NCBI GenBank assembly: GCA_965228895.1
Contig: OZ245842.1
Coordinates: forward strand, 2,528,001-2,592,000
Length of the DNA: 64,000 nt
Direction: 5' to 3'
Source: Alphaproteobacteria bacterium
Lineage (GTDB): Bacteria; Pseudomonadota; Alphaproteobacteria; SP197
Made by a program: the position numbers and the translations under genes. Below are positions 49,203-58,369 of this stretch, in pieces. Numbering within the stretch: position 1 is the stretch's first letter; each line of letters opens with the position of its first letter. The notes beneath the pieces were generated by a model. That model saw only the letters and a list, made by a program, of their open reading frames with translations. It ran no database searches and was not told the origin of the DNA.

Positions 49203-50225
49203 TTACTCGTAACTGATGTTCATTGAGCCGTTGTCGAAGGTGTCGGCGCTGACAGATGTCAGGCGAATCCTGTCTAGCTCTCCTGAGAGAGCCTTGGAGC
49301 CGGAGACATAAGCACCGATGGTGGAGTCGTCGGCGGTGATAACACCGCTGCACACCCACAAGTTCGTTGAAGAGTTCAGCAATTCCAGGTGAACCATGCC
49401 CGTCAATTCTGTGGTAGCGGTTTGGGAGTTCAGGAGGATGAAGCCCGAGCTATGCGCGACACCCGACGCCTGGTTGCCCGCAAGGTTGCTGCCGCCATAG
49501 CCGGTTGTTTCAACGCCCCCGCTGTCGCCAAGCTGAAGGATGATGTCCGACGAGCCGTTGATGCTGACGTTCTGCAACATCACCTTGATGCGCTGTGTCC
49601 CGGCAGGGATGGACGTGAAGTCTATCGTCGTGCCGGAGGTGGTGTTCTGAGGCGTGGCGAGCGTGATACCAAACGTCGGCAAGTCCTGCATGGTCGGGGT
49701 GTTGCCCGCACCGTTCGAAGTCAGAACCTGGCCCGAGGTGCCCTCATCGATATCGGTGATACCAAGCGCAAACCAGTTGCTGCCGTCAGTGGATACGACG
49801 ACACCCTGCTGATCTGCAAGAGTCAGCGTGGTTTCGCCATTGATAGTCTCGGAGGCATTGCCATCAAGCGTGATGTCCGAGCCGCCGTCGTTTATCACCA
49901 TGAACACGAACGGTGCACCAACCGTACCTGCCGCTGGCGTGGTAATTGTGATGCTGCCAGCAGTGGCGCGGATCAGCTTGCCCTGGTCGCTGGATTGAAC
50001 TGTGTAGTTGACGCCCGTCGCCGTGACACCCGCGCCGCCAATGACTTTCCCAAAGGCCGAGGTGATGGCTGTCCAGGTGGCTTCCAACGCTGACTTGATG
50101 GGGTCTGCCAGCTTTGTCTTGTGCTTGGACCACGTGACAGTGTTGTCAGCGCCAGACGTGCCGTCATCGGGCGGGGGGCCGGAGTTGTAGCCCGATATTG
50201 ACGGTGGAGTGAAGGGGTTTGCCAT
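49203..50225 (-). CDS. Tail fibre / receptor-binding protein
   Basis: G/T/S-rich, GTSGQVLTSNG linker, beta-rich C-terminus, and position after the ejection genes. Confidence 0.7.
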   Translation of the reverse strand: MANPFTPPSISGYNSGPPPDDGTSGADNTVTWSKHKTKLADPIKSALEATWTAITSAFGKVIGGAGVTATGVNYTVQSSDQGKLIRATAGSITITTPAAGTVGAPFVFMVINDGGSDITLDGNASETINGETTLTLADQQGVVVSTDGSNWFALGITDIDEGTSGQVLTSNGAGNTPTMQDLPTFGITLATPQNTTSGTTIDFTSIPAGTQRIKVMLQNVSINGSSDIILQLGDSGGVETTGYGGSNLAGNQASGVAHSSGFILLNSQTATTELTGMVHLELLNSSTNLWVCSGVITADDSTIGAYVSGSKALSGELDRIRLTSVSADTFDNGSMNISYE

Positions 50226-50407
50226 GCGTACCTCAACGAAAAAGGGCGGGCCTTCCGAGTCGAACAAGTAGACTCAACATTTGACTAATGCTTGCGGGTT
50301 TCCCACCATCCACTAACAACAGTGGAGAAGCCCATGGTCGATAATGACGAAACAGTCGTTCCGCTTTCCAAACACCAACCGCACACTCTCTCGACGAGAA
50401 AAGCGTC

Positions 50408-50587
50408 ATGACAGATGCAGAATTGCGCTTAGGCTGTCTGAAGTTGGCTATGGATAGTATTGACAAAGACACGATGGCAACCGAGCGGCTAGCTGCTCGA
50501 CCGCGCGTTATAGAGAGGGCTCTTGAGCTCTACGCCTTCTGCTTGGAGGGGCCCCCGGGGGAAACAGAGATGACACGTAGACGCTAG
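50408..50587 (+). CDS. Small moron-like protein (59 aa)
   Basis: Manual translation MTDAELRLGCLKLAM...RVIERALELYAFCL..., on the strand opposite the late operon. Confidence 0.5.
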   Translation: MTDAELRLGCLKLAMDSIDKDTMATERLAARPRVIERALELYAFCLEGPPGETEMTRRR

Positions 50588-50643
50588 AAAACCCGGCCCC
50601 AATTCCAATGGCGTAGAGCGCGTAACAAGCCTATCTCCGCGCT

Positions 50644-50874
50644 ATGGAATGGTTGTCTGATGTTTGGGGTTGGGTTTCGCGAAATGACTTCGCGCTGGGC
50701 TTCATATTGGTGGCGGCGGTGGCGCTTGGCTCGTTAAGGCGTCAGCAAACCCATGAGGCCAGGGTAGAATTTGCGCTTAGTGTTATTGCTGGCGTTCTCT
50801 TCCTCATTGCGTACCTGCTTCTCCAGAACCACCTAGCGAGTTTCGGAGACTATCCATCTGGCTTTCTAGATTAG
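50644..50874 (+). CDS. Small two-TM membrane protein, moron-like
   Basis: 76 aa with two hydrophobic helices, on the strand opposite the late operon. Confidence 0.55.
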   Translation: MEWLSDVWGWVSRNDFALGFILVAAVALGSLRRQQTHEARVEFALSVIAGVLFLIAYLLLQNHLASFGDYPSGFLD

Positions 50875-52789
50875 GGCCCGCCTGATTGGGCAAGCCCTCC
50901 TGCTGGAGGATCAACAAAAGCTGGTTTGCCACAGGGGCTATTGCGGGTTCCTGAGACGCGATTGCGTTCAGCTCTGCCGCATGGCGCACCCATGCTTGAC
51001 TGCCGATGGCCGTTGTTGGGGCGTTAGCCATCCACCTGACGAGGCGCGGTGACATCATCAATTTCGCCGCGACGGCGCTGCCTGCAACGGTTGCGCCAGC
51101 AGTCATAAACTGCTCCAGACCCACCATTAGCCCAAGGGTGCTGTAAACACCTATTCTAGCAGTGCCGCTGACATTCATCAGGCGTTCGGTTTGACGCAAG
51201 CGCGTCACCACATCCGCCAGGTTGTCTAGCTCATCCAGCAGCCCCTCGCGGCCGCCAAAAAGAACCTGCTTCCCGTCATCGGACAGCCGGTTAAAGTTTG
51301 TCATGAATGACGTAACGCTGAAATTCGCGTCAGCCAGTCTATCGACGTTTGCAGCGGTCGGGCGGCCCAACTCCCTGATGACGGCGGAGGCAACCTCGGC
51401 CCACTCATCATCAGGGATGGCCTCACGCAGTGCTTGAAGTTCCCGAATGTTCGCGGAACCCTTATCCCCCGCACGCCGTAGCAGCAGATCGAACGTTGCC
51501 TCGCCAGAGGCGTCTAGCTTAAGCAGCTTGCCGAGTGTAGTGCGTATTGTCTCGGCCCCCTCGCGATAGAAATCATCCGCTTGCTGAACGGCCTGAACCG
51601 CGTCAGGACCCACCTCTTTCGCGGCCTCCATAAGATCGTCAGACAGCGCCCCATACAGCTTTTTGAGGGCTTCGCTGTCTAGGCTCTCACCAAGAAGTAT
51701 TTCCGGTTTGCGAAGCAGCCTGCCCACCTCTGTACGAAACAGCCGCAAGTCATTGTATGATAGCGTGCCGCCGCTCTCTCTGATCAGATTGGCCCAACGT
51801 TGGAAGCGCGGCGATGTAAACTCCTCCCCCAGTTCAGCGAGATCGAACTTTTGCGCCGATCCCGCCAAGGCGTTCATCGCCTCATCAACGCGAACCGTCT
51901 CTGTCCCGTCGAAGAAACCGTCAACCCTCTGGAGCATGGCGTTGGATTTTAGAAGAAACCCCTCGCCTTCCGCCGCCACAAGATCGCGCACGGGCGTCTT
52001 GATGATCTCGGTTATTCTGTCAGCGGACAGGGAGATATCAGCCTGGACATTGCCCACGAACCGCTCAGCACCTCGTATGAGAGCCTCTCCACCCGCAAGT
52101 CTCGTTGAGGCAGTCCCGGTCGCAGCAGCAATACGTTCGGCTGACGCTGCGGCCTGAGTGCCCGAGCGCGTCAGGCCGGATTGAATGATGTCCGCACTAC
52201 CAGGCACCTCCCGCAGTGTGTTGGTGAGAGTCTGCGATGTCCGACCCTGGAACACAGCCGGGACAGTCGGCGATACCCCAGCTTGGTCCAGTTGGTTGAT
52301 AGCTACCTGCGATGGGCGAAGATTCGTCACCCCACTCGGGATCTTTGTAACGGGGCTCGTCAAGCCACCTAATGCAAACAGCCGGGCAGCCGCCATCAAA
52401 TCTTCGTCTGTCTCCGGGTTGCGAGCGTAGACCGTGGGCTTGCCGGTGTTGGGGTCCAAGAGAATGACGTGCTTCTCGGGGTCTACGTCCACCCACTGCC
52501 CACTTGATGACACAGCGATGGGCCCGAAGTCGGCCTCTTGGAGTTGCCCTACAATTTCGTAGTTAGGCTTGCCGGTGATCTGGTTGACGACTGGCGATGT
52601 GCCCTGGAACGCACCAAGAAACTCGTTCGCAAAACCCGTAGCAACTGCGCCGGAACCACTTAACGCTTGGCCCTCTGCCACAGCCGCGTCTTGCTCGTTC
52701 GTAACAACGCGCCCCGTCGTTTGCGGGAGTGTCTGCCCGCCCTCAAGCGACGAGCGAAGGCTTGCTAGTTGCTCCTCAAGGGACGACAT
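50804..52789 (-). CDS. Large DNA ejection/internal virion protein (P22 gp16 position)
   Basis: Helical Ala/Leu-rich protein with N.SGTA motif, and by synteny. Confidence 0.65.
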   Translation of the reverse strand: MSSLEEQLASLRSSLEGGQTLPQTTGRVVTNEQDAAVAEGQALSGSGAVATGFANEFLGAFQGTSPVVNQITGKPNYEIVGQLQEADFGPIAVSSSGQWVDVDPEKHVILLDPNTGKPTVYARNPETDEDLMAAARLFALGGLTSPVTKIPSGVTNLRPSQVAINQLDQAGVSPTVPAVFQGRTSQTLTNTLREVPGSADIIQSGLTRSGTQAAASAERIAAATGTASTRLAGGEALIRGAERFVGNVQADISLSADRITEIIKTPVRDLVAAEGEGFLLKSNAMLQRVDGFFDGTETVRVDEAMNALAGSAQKFDLAELGEEFTSPRFQRWANLIRESGGTLSYNDLRLFRTEVGRLLRKPEILLGESLDSEALKKLYGALSDDLMEAAKEVGPDAVQAVQQADDFYREGAETIRTTLGKLLKLDASGEATFDLLLRRAGDKGSANIRELQALREAIPDDEWAEVASAVIRELGRPTAANVDRLADANFSVTSFMTNFNRLSDDGKQVLFGGREGLLDELDNLADVVTRLRQTERLMNVSGTARIGVYSTLGLMVGLEQFMTAGATVAGSAVAAKLMMSPRLVRWMANAPTTAIGSQAWVRHAAELNAIASQEPAIAPVANQLLLILQQEGLPNQAGPNLESQMDSLRNSLGGSGEAGTQ

Positions 52790-54164
52790 TGAACCCTCGT
52801 CGTGAAAGCTCAGCACTCAAGGCAGCTTTTTCAGCATCTGACATGTTGGTGGTATCGATGTTCGCCAAATCCTGGTTGGACATGCCCACAAACCGGCTGG
52901 TATCCACCTCTTCTTCCTGCTCAAAACGAATGCGGCTGCGGACGACGTTACCCGGCGCGGCCCCCGCATTCAGCGCCAACTGCGTATAGAACTGCTCGCG
53001 CTGTTGTTGCTGGATAAGGTGCTGTTGGAAGAACTGCCCGGCAGAGTCCACCAGATCCTGCCTTAGATCCGTGGCCAGTATCTCACCCGTATCCAGGCGC
53101 TGCATCGCCGTGATGATTTGGTCCGGGAGTCCCATCGCACGAGCAGCTGTAGCGAACTCGCCCTCCCTGACGACTGACTGTGGATCGAGGGTTTTGAAGT
53201 AGGCGAACACAAGCGCGATATCGGACGCGCCAGTGTCGTCGTCGGCAAGGTTCTGCATGGCGATAAACTGCGTTTGAACCTCGTCGAAATTCTCACTTTC
53301 CTTCGTAAAGTCGCGCCGCAGATCCTGCTCTATCTTGAGCGTGTCTGTGGACGACGGGATGGGCGACTCAACAGCAGCCGCCGTGAGTTCTGGCGGTACA
53401 TCCAAGGACTCGCCCAACTGTTGAAGCTGGCCCAGCGCCTGTTGCCCGGCGTCCGAATCTAGGAAGTTCGGGTTGGACGATGTGGACGCCTGCACCCTCC
53501 CAAGCAGGGTGTCGTATTCCTGAAACTCTTGTGAGCGCAGTGTTGCGTTCAGGGTTTCTACTGAAATGGCAAGCCTGGCATCATCCCTGGCGTCCGCCAC
53601 CGGATCGGGGCCACCAGCCATAACAAGAAGCGTGCGGCCATCAACGGGAACGCCGTTGTTTCTGAGAGCTTGAACCTTCTTTTCGAAATCGGTGGGCTCA
53701 GCGGCGATGCCCGCAATGACATCAGCCCTTTCCTGCTCAACGCCGGAAGCCACTAGAGCGTCACTGGTGGCTGTCATGGTTGCTACGTCAGCCGTCGCCT
53801 CAACACGAGCGGCATCAACGGGTGTCGCGAAGCTTGTAAGAGTCTGCTCTGTTATTCCCGGCGGCAGCCCGAGGGCAGGCTCAAGGGTTTTCATCTGCGT
53901 CACGATGGCCTTGATGGTGCGCTCGTTCTGCCTGAGTGTCGTTTCGCCGTCGGACAGGGAGTTATCAAAGATGCCCTGGAGGGCCGCGTTGAGTTGGTCG
54001 TAAGCGCCCTGAGCCTGTTCCCGAATAGCGGCGGCTTCTTGTCCTGCCACTTGTCTCTCTGCAAGAGCAAGTCTGGACTCGTCCAGGTTGAGAGCCGTGC
54101 GGGCCTGCTGGCCTCGCGTGAACCCGCCAAGGGTTAAACCAACATTGCTACCACCAAATGCCAT
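52776..54164 (-). CDS. DNA ejection protein (P22 gp20 position)
   Basis: SDIALVFAYFKTLDPQSVVREGEF motif of the kind seen in podoviral ejection proteins, and by synteny. Confidence 0.65.
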   Translation of the reverse strand: MAFGGSNVGLTLGGFTRGQQARTALNLDESRLALAERQVAGQEAAAIREQAQGAYDQLNAALQGIFDNSLSDGETTLRQNERTIKAIVTQMKTLEPALGLPPGITEQTLTSFATPVDAARVEATADVATMTATSDALVASGVEQERADVIAGIAAEPTDFEKKVQALRNNGVPVDGRTLLVMAGGPDPVADARDDARLAISVETLNATLRSQEFQEYDTLLGRVQASTSSNPNFLDSDAGQQALGQLQQLGESLDVPPELTAAAVESPIPSSTDTLKIEQDLRRDFTKESENFDEVQTQFIAMQNLADDDTGASDIALVFAYFKTLDPQSVVREGEFATAARAMGLPDQIITAMQRLDTGEILATDLRQDLVDSAGQFFQQHLIQQQQREQFYTQLALNAGAAPGNVVRSRIRFEQEEEVDTSRFVGMSNQDLANIDTTNMSDAEKAALSAELSRRGFNVVP

Positions 54165-54167
54165 GAC

Positions 54168-54929
54168 TTATCTCCCGCCGCTACCGGACGGACTCAACAA
54201 GCCGTCGATGAATGTGTCGATGCTATCGGCCGCGCCTGCCAAGCTGTCGTTGAGATTGAAGCCGAGAAACTCACCAAGGCCCGATGCATTGGCCGCAGCA
54301 AGTTGGGCTTGCGTTTGGGCGGCTGAGGTCATGGCCGACTGAACGCCGGACAACACACTGGCTGTCGTGCCGAGTTCGAAGTTGCCTTGATCAAGCTCAA
54401 TTGTCGCCGCCCGAAGCGCCTGGTTGGTTCTCGTATCGATGAGTCGGGCTGTTAAATCGAGCTCCTCCAGGAGACTCTGCGCGCGGGCCATCGCTTCCTG
54501 CTCGGCGAACTCCCGCTCGGCACGGATGATTGTGTCCTGGGCAAACGATGAACCGAGTAAAGAACGGCGTTGAAGATTGGAGCGGAGGTTGGAAACACCT
54601 CTCCCGCGCGCCCTATCCACCGCCGCAACGCGGGCGTCCGTCAACTCCCCAAATCCGGGACGCACACGGCCAATCAAATCATCAAAGCCGGAAACCGCTC
54701 CCTCACCGACACTGCGTATCTCATCTAGAAGGTTCTGTGTCAGATTCGAGCGGGCAAAGATGGGCCCGGAGTTATCGAGAACAATCCTGCCGGACGGCGC
54801 GGATATCTGGCCGCCCGTCGCAAAGCTCGGGCCGATGTTCGGACCACCGCCGCCACTGGGAGCCAAAAGGCGGTTGGCACCGGCGCTGATAAGCGCGCCC
54901 GCACCAGCAACGGCTAGACTAGTTGGCAT
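54168..54929 (-). CDS. Small DNA pilot/ejection protein (P22 gp7 position)
   Basis: Gly/Ala-rich N-terminus, R.L.GSS motif, Q/A-rich helices. Confidence 0.6.
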   Translation of the reverse strand: MPTSLAVAGAGALISAGANRLLAPSGGGGPNIGPSFATGGQISAPSGRIVLDNSGPIFARSNLTQNLLDEIRSVGEGAVSGFDDLIGRVRPGFGELTDARVAAVDRARGRGVSNLRSNLQRRSLLGSSFAQDTIIRAEREFAEQEAMARAQSLLEELDLTARLIDTRTNQALRAATIELDQGNFELGTTASVLSGVQSAMTSAAQTQAQLAAANASGLGEFLGFNLNDSLAGAADSIDTFIDGLLSPSGSGGR

Positions 54930-55683
54930 TGTTCAGTTCCTTGGTTTCGAACAGCACTGCCGGGCCGTTCGGATAGAGGCCGTGCAGGTGTCCAACCTTG
55001 CGAAGAATGCCGTGACGGCAGATCATCTCAAAGAAACCCTTATCCTTCATCTGCGCGAAATCCATCACATGGAACTCGCGGCGCATGGTGTCGAAGAACT
55101 GCACGGCGCCCTCGATACGGTTCCGGTTGGTGGCCCACGGATACCAGATCATCTCCCCCACCTGAACCACACGGCCCCTCACCCAGCCCACAATAAGGCC
55201 AACAGGCTCCCGTACATTCCGGCTACTCACGCTCTCGACAGTCCACGTCCCCACAGTCGAGATGCTAGGCTCCAAAGAGGCGTTCAGTTGAAAGACGCCG
55301 TAGTTGGCGTGTGCCCACCACGCAAAGGCCAACTTGAACATCTCGGGGTCATGATCTTCCTCAAACACCACATCGACGTCTTTGAAAGCGCCCATCTTGT
55401 AGGCGGCAAACGCAAAACTCCTGTCCCCCGGCAGCATGTGACGGACTTCCGGGCTCCTTGCGAGCGTACGCTTAAGTTTGAGAGGTGGCTTATTGTGTTT
55501 CTCAGGCTGCTTGGCTGAAGCTGAGGAAGACTTCGTTGATTTCGAAGTCCGTTTTCCCCTCGACCGTGAGCCGGAGCTGGACTTGGTTGGCTTGGCCTTC
55601 TGCGTGGAACTTTCGCCGTGTGAATCGTTGACTGAACGCGGTGCCGTAGGTGTCTGTTCCGCCGTAGACGTTTGAGCCTCCAT
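54919..55683 (-). CDS. Virion assembly protein (P22 gp14 position, possibly GNAT-like) with overprinted N-terminus
   Basis: AGGAG RBS 9 nt before ATG 55683, and position between the nozzle and ejection genes. Confidence 0.6.
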   Translation of the reverse strand: MEAQTSTAEQTPTAPRSVNDSHGESSTQKAKPTKSSSGSRSRGKRTSKSTKSSSASAKQPEKHNKPPLKLKRTLARSPEVRHMLPGDRSFAFAAYKMGAFKDVDVVFEEDHDPEMFKLAFAWWAHANYGVFQLNASLEPSISTVGTWTVESVSSRNVREPVGLIVGWVRGRVVQVGEMIWYPWATNRNRIEGAVQFFDTMRREFHVMDFAQMKDKGFFEMICRHGILRKVGHLHGLYPNGPAVLFETKELNNAN

Positions 55684-57109
55684 AAACCGTTGCTCCTGTT
55701 ACCGCAGGTAATGAGATTGTCTTGGTTTCGTTGAACACAGATTCACCGGAATATTCGAAGCCCATCGTTACCGTCGCGGCCTCGTTTTTCCGGTAGGACA
55801 AATACCCCTCGACATTGAACGCCTCTGCACCTAACGGGAGGTTGATGAGGGCCGATAGACGGCTTGTGGTTATGTCCGCAGACCCCGCGTCACCACTCCC
55901 CGAACCCTCCATGCGATAGAGGTTGCCGGAGCTGTCTCCGAAAAAGACGTACTCAAGCCCGTCGTTAGGATCTAACGCGGACCACATGGCTGTAGGATTG
56001 AAGGACGAGGCGTGTTGTGTCGTCCAGCGCATCCACGGTGAAAACTGTTTCTCCTCGAAGATGGGCTTGTTCAACACCCATAATTGAGATTGCGTGTCGG
56101 GATAGCAGTAAACCCGCTGGAACCGGCTGTTGTAGACAATGGCCCAGTCTTTGAAATTCTCGATTTTGTCGGCAATGGGAACCGAAGGATCGGTGTTCTC
56201 GATGTCACCAAATTTATCTGTCGCAACAAGGGACTCGATAACGCCCTGCCGCCCGTAGAGAACGTCGTTGCCTACATACACAAGTGCTTCGTCCCCCGAA
56301 CCCGGAGCGCCCGCATAAAGCTCGTCAATCTCGTAGTCGTTCGAGTCAGAACCAATGAGCGAGTAGATATTGCCGTCCCTCGACAAGAAGATGAGTCTGC
56401 CAAACGCCCTCGTGAGTCCCTTGATGGGTTTCAAGTCATCGGGCGTCAGAAAGAATGGGTCCGCCGCGCCCAACGCCGAAGAGGGGCGATCCGAAACCGA
56501 GAGGTTATCGTGGTTTTCCAACTCCGAGCCCACCAGGAGCTGGGGTGTGGCGGTAGCGTTCGATTCGACGTTCGCATAAAAGGCTCTGTTCTCCGCCACC
56601 GCCGCATATCGCGCCTTGAAGTCTCCTGTCAGGTTGTGAGTCATGTCGGAGAGGGTTGTGCCGTCCCACTCCTTCACCGATTCCGCCAGAGCGATGTCCG
56701 TTATCAAAACCAAGTCATCCAGAGACCAGTTTTGAGACAACGGCCCCCTCAGTCTCGCAGACGAACTTACTGTGCCCTTGGAAGAACCGAACGAAGTTCC
56801 GTCGAACGCATAAACCGTGTCGTCCGCCTGGACGAGCATGGAGATATCGCCATTCCGCTTCTGGAGATTGGCGAACCCGTTAATACGTCCTGCATTTGGA
56901 GCGGTGTCGATTAAGTCGAACGGCTTCCTGTTGCGGAAGTTGCCGTTGCGGAAATCCAGTTGAAAGTTCTCCCCGTCAACACACTCTCTGCCGTCAACGT
57001 CCTCTTCGGAGGCACGGGAGTTGATACCGCCTCCAAACTTGATTGTGACATCGCCGTCCCTGACTTGGCTAACGCGGCCAAGAGCGCCGCCCGAGATTAG
57101 CTCCACCAT
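55502..57109 (-). CDS. Tail nozzle / DNA stabilisation protein (beta-propeller, P22 gp10/T7 gp12-like)
   Basis: N-terminal FGGGIN..S, beta-rich repeats, and synteny. Confidence 0.7.
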   Translation of the reverse strand: MVELISGGALGRVSQVRDGDVTIKFGGGINSRASEEDVDGRECVDGENFQLDFRNGNFRNRKPFDLIDTAPNAGRINGFANLQKRNGDISMLVQADDTVYAFDGTSFGSSKGTVSSSARLRGPLSQNWSLDDLVLITDIALAESVKEWDGTTLSDMTHNLTGDFKARYAAVAENRAFYANVESNATATPQLLVGSELENHDNLSVSDRPSSALGAADPFFLTPDDLKPIKGLTRAFGRLIFLSRDGNIYSLIGSDSNDYEIDELYAGAPGSGDEALVYVGNDVLYGRQGVIESLVATDKFGDIENTDPSVPIADKIENFKDWAIVYNSRFQRVYCYPDTQSQLWVLNKPIFEEKQFSPWMRWTTQHASSFNPTAMWSALDPNDGLEYVFFGDSSGNLYRMEGSGSGDAGSADITTSRLSALINLPLGAEAFNVEGYLSYRKNEAATVTMGFEYSGESVFNETKTISLPAVTGATVYGGSNVYGGTDTYGTAFSQRFTRRKFHAEGQANQVQLRLTVEGKTDFEINEVFLSFSQAA

Positions 57110-57762
57110 GTGTCACGCTGGGCTCCGGTGCGCGCGTAGTTGGCAGCGCGTGCTGTTGCATTATCGAACTGTTCAGTAGAGAAGTTCTTCCTGTTGATTT
57201 CCTTCCACTTCTCGGCAACGCCCGGCTCCAAAGCCCTCGCGACAACATCGGCAAATGGCATGGTATCGTCAAACGCTGCCAAAACTGTATCCTTCTGGTA
57301 GCGGTATTTGTAGACGAGGCCGTTCTCATCCGAAGTCGGAATTGTGTCGAGATAGAGTTGCCCGTCTGTGGGGCGGATTGTTCCGAAAGAGGGAAGCCCC
57401 GTGTGATTGGCGGGGAAGTTCTGGACCGCCACTAGATGCTCATAGCCCGGGCCGTATTCGAAGATGTATCTGCCGTTCGCCTCGTCCAGAAGCGGCCACA
57501 GTAGTTTTGTCAGGTCCGACGCCAACGCATAGTCTCTGTCGCTTGTCACAAGCGTAACCGTGCCTTCCGCCATCGCGTTGGGGCGCGGTTTACCTATGCG
57601 GCGGAAGAACTCGTCAATGGTGTCGTTCCACGCGTCTACAGCTGTATCAATAAAGTGCTGGCGCGCGGAGTCGGTGAGTGACGCTAGTTCCCCGTCATCA
57701 CCCGCTACAAGGCCGACTCTTTTCAGGACGCCGTTAACGCCCTGCAACAGTGTCGTCGCCAT
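57097..57762 (-). CDS. Head-tail adaptor / tail tubular protein A-like
   Basis: N-terminal TLLQ.VN.VL, Y.L..D, and synteny. Confidence 0.65.
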   Translation of the reverse strand: MATTLLQGVNGVLKRVGLVAGDDGELASLTDSARQHFIDTAVDAWNDTIDEFFRRIGKPRPNAMAEGTVTLVTSDRDYALASDLTKLLWPLLDEANGRYIFEYGPGYEHLVAVQNFPANHTGLPSFGTIRPTDGQLYLDTIPTSDENGLVYKYRYQKDTVLAAFDDTMPFADVVARALEPGVAEKWKEINRKNFSTEQFDNATARAANYARTGAQRDTWWS

Positions 57763-58304
57763 TAGATGGTATCGGCCACGATGGTGGGGCCGGGCACGAA
57801 CGAGGAGGTGCGTTTCTCCATGTCGTCCGCCTCCAGAAGAGCGATAAGCTCTGTGCGTTTCGTCTTAACTGTCTGCTTCAGGCCCCGTGTCTTCACAAGC
57901 TTACGAAGCTGGGGCATCTTCATCGCTTCGTAGCCGGGGGCCTCGGGGGCTTCCACGACCTCTGTCGGCAGCTTGCCGGGAGGTTTGCCCTCTAGCATAG
58001 CCACCAAGTCTTCGCGTGTGGTTTCGGGGCCCTGTGGGAATCCAAGCTTGCTCGCCTCTGCCCTCAATTCGGGCATGGACATAACCTCGTAACCAGACTT
58101 CTCAGGCACGGGCTCAGCACCGCTGAACCCTCGCTCGCGAATGAGCTTCATCATCGTCTGCGCCGGGGCATCCCTTTCGTAGGGGATGTTGTAATGATCG
58201 GCGAAGCGGTAGAGCTCGCGCCGTCTCATTTTCCCAAGGGGAGTCCGGGGGTCTTCGATGTTCTGAAGCGTCATAGAGGCGCTTGAGGTGACTTGGTTCA
58301 GCAT
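57762..58304 (-). CDS. Protein with three HeH/Rho-N/LEM-like repeats
   Basis: Repeats KMRRRELY..A, MSMPELR..A..LG, MKMPQLR..VK.RGL. Confidence 0.65.
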   Translation of the reverse strand: MLNQVTSSASMTLQNIEDPRTPLGKMRRRELYRFADHYNIPYERDAPAQTMMKLIRERGFSGAEPVPEKSGYEVMSMPELRAEASKLGFPQGPETTREDLVAMLEGKPPGKLPTEVVEAPEAPGYEAMKMPQLRKLVKTRGLKQTVKTKRTELIALLEADDMEKRTSSFVPGPTIVADTI

Positions 58305-58313
58305 GACTTCTCC

Positions 58314-58344
58314 AAAAAGAAAGGGCGGCTCCGAAGAACCGCCC
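58314..58344 (-). terminator. Rho-independent terminator after the major capsid gene
   Basis: GGGCGGTTC-TTCG-GAGCCGCCC hairpin followed by TTTCTTTTT on the minus strand. Confidence 0.85.
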
Positions 58345-58369
58345 CCTCAGTTGAACCGCGTCGGGAGGA

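Noticed and set aside
49203-50225. Tail fibre as a diversity-generating retroelement target
   Set aside because: No template repeat or reverse transcriptase was seen in the window.
50330-50360. Hammerhead-like GTC-loop-GACGAAAC
   Set aside because: The required CTGANGA core is missing upstream.
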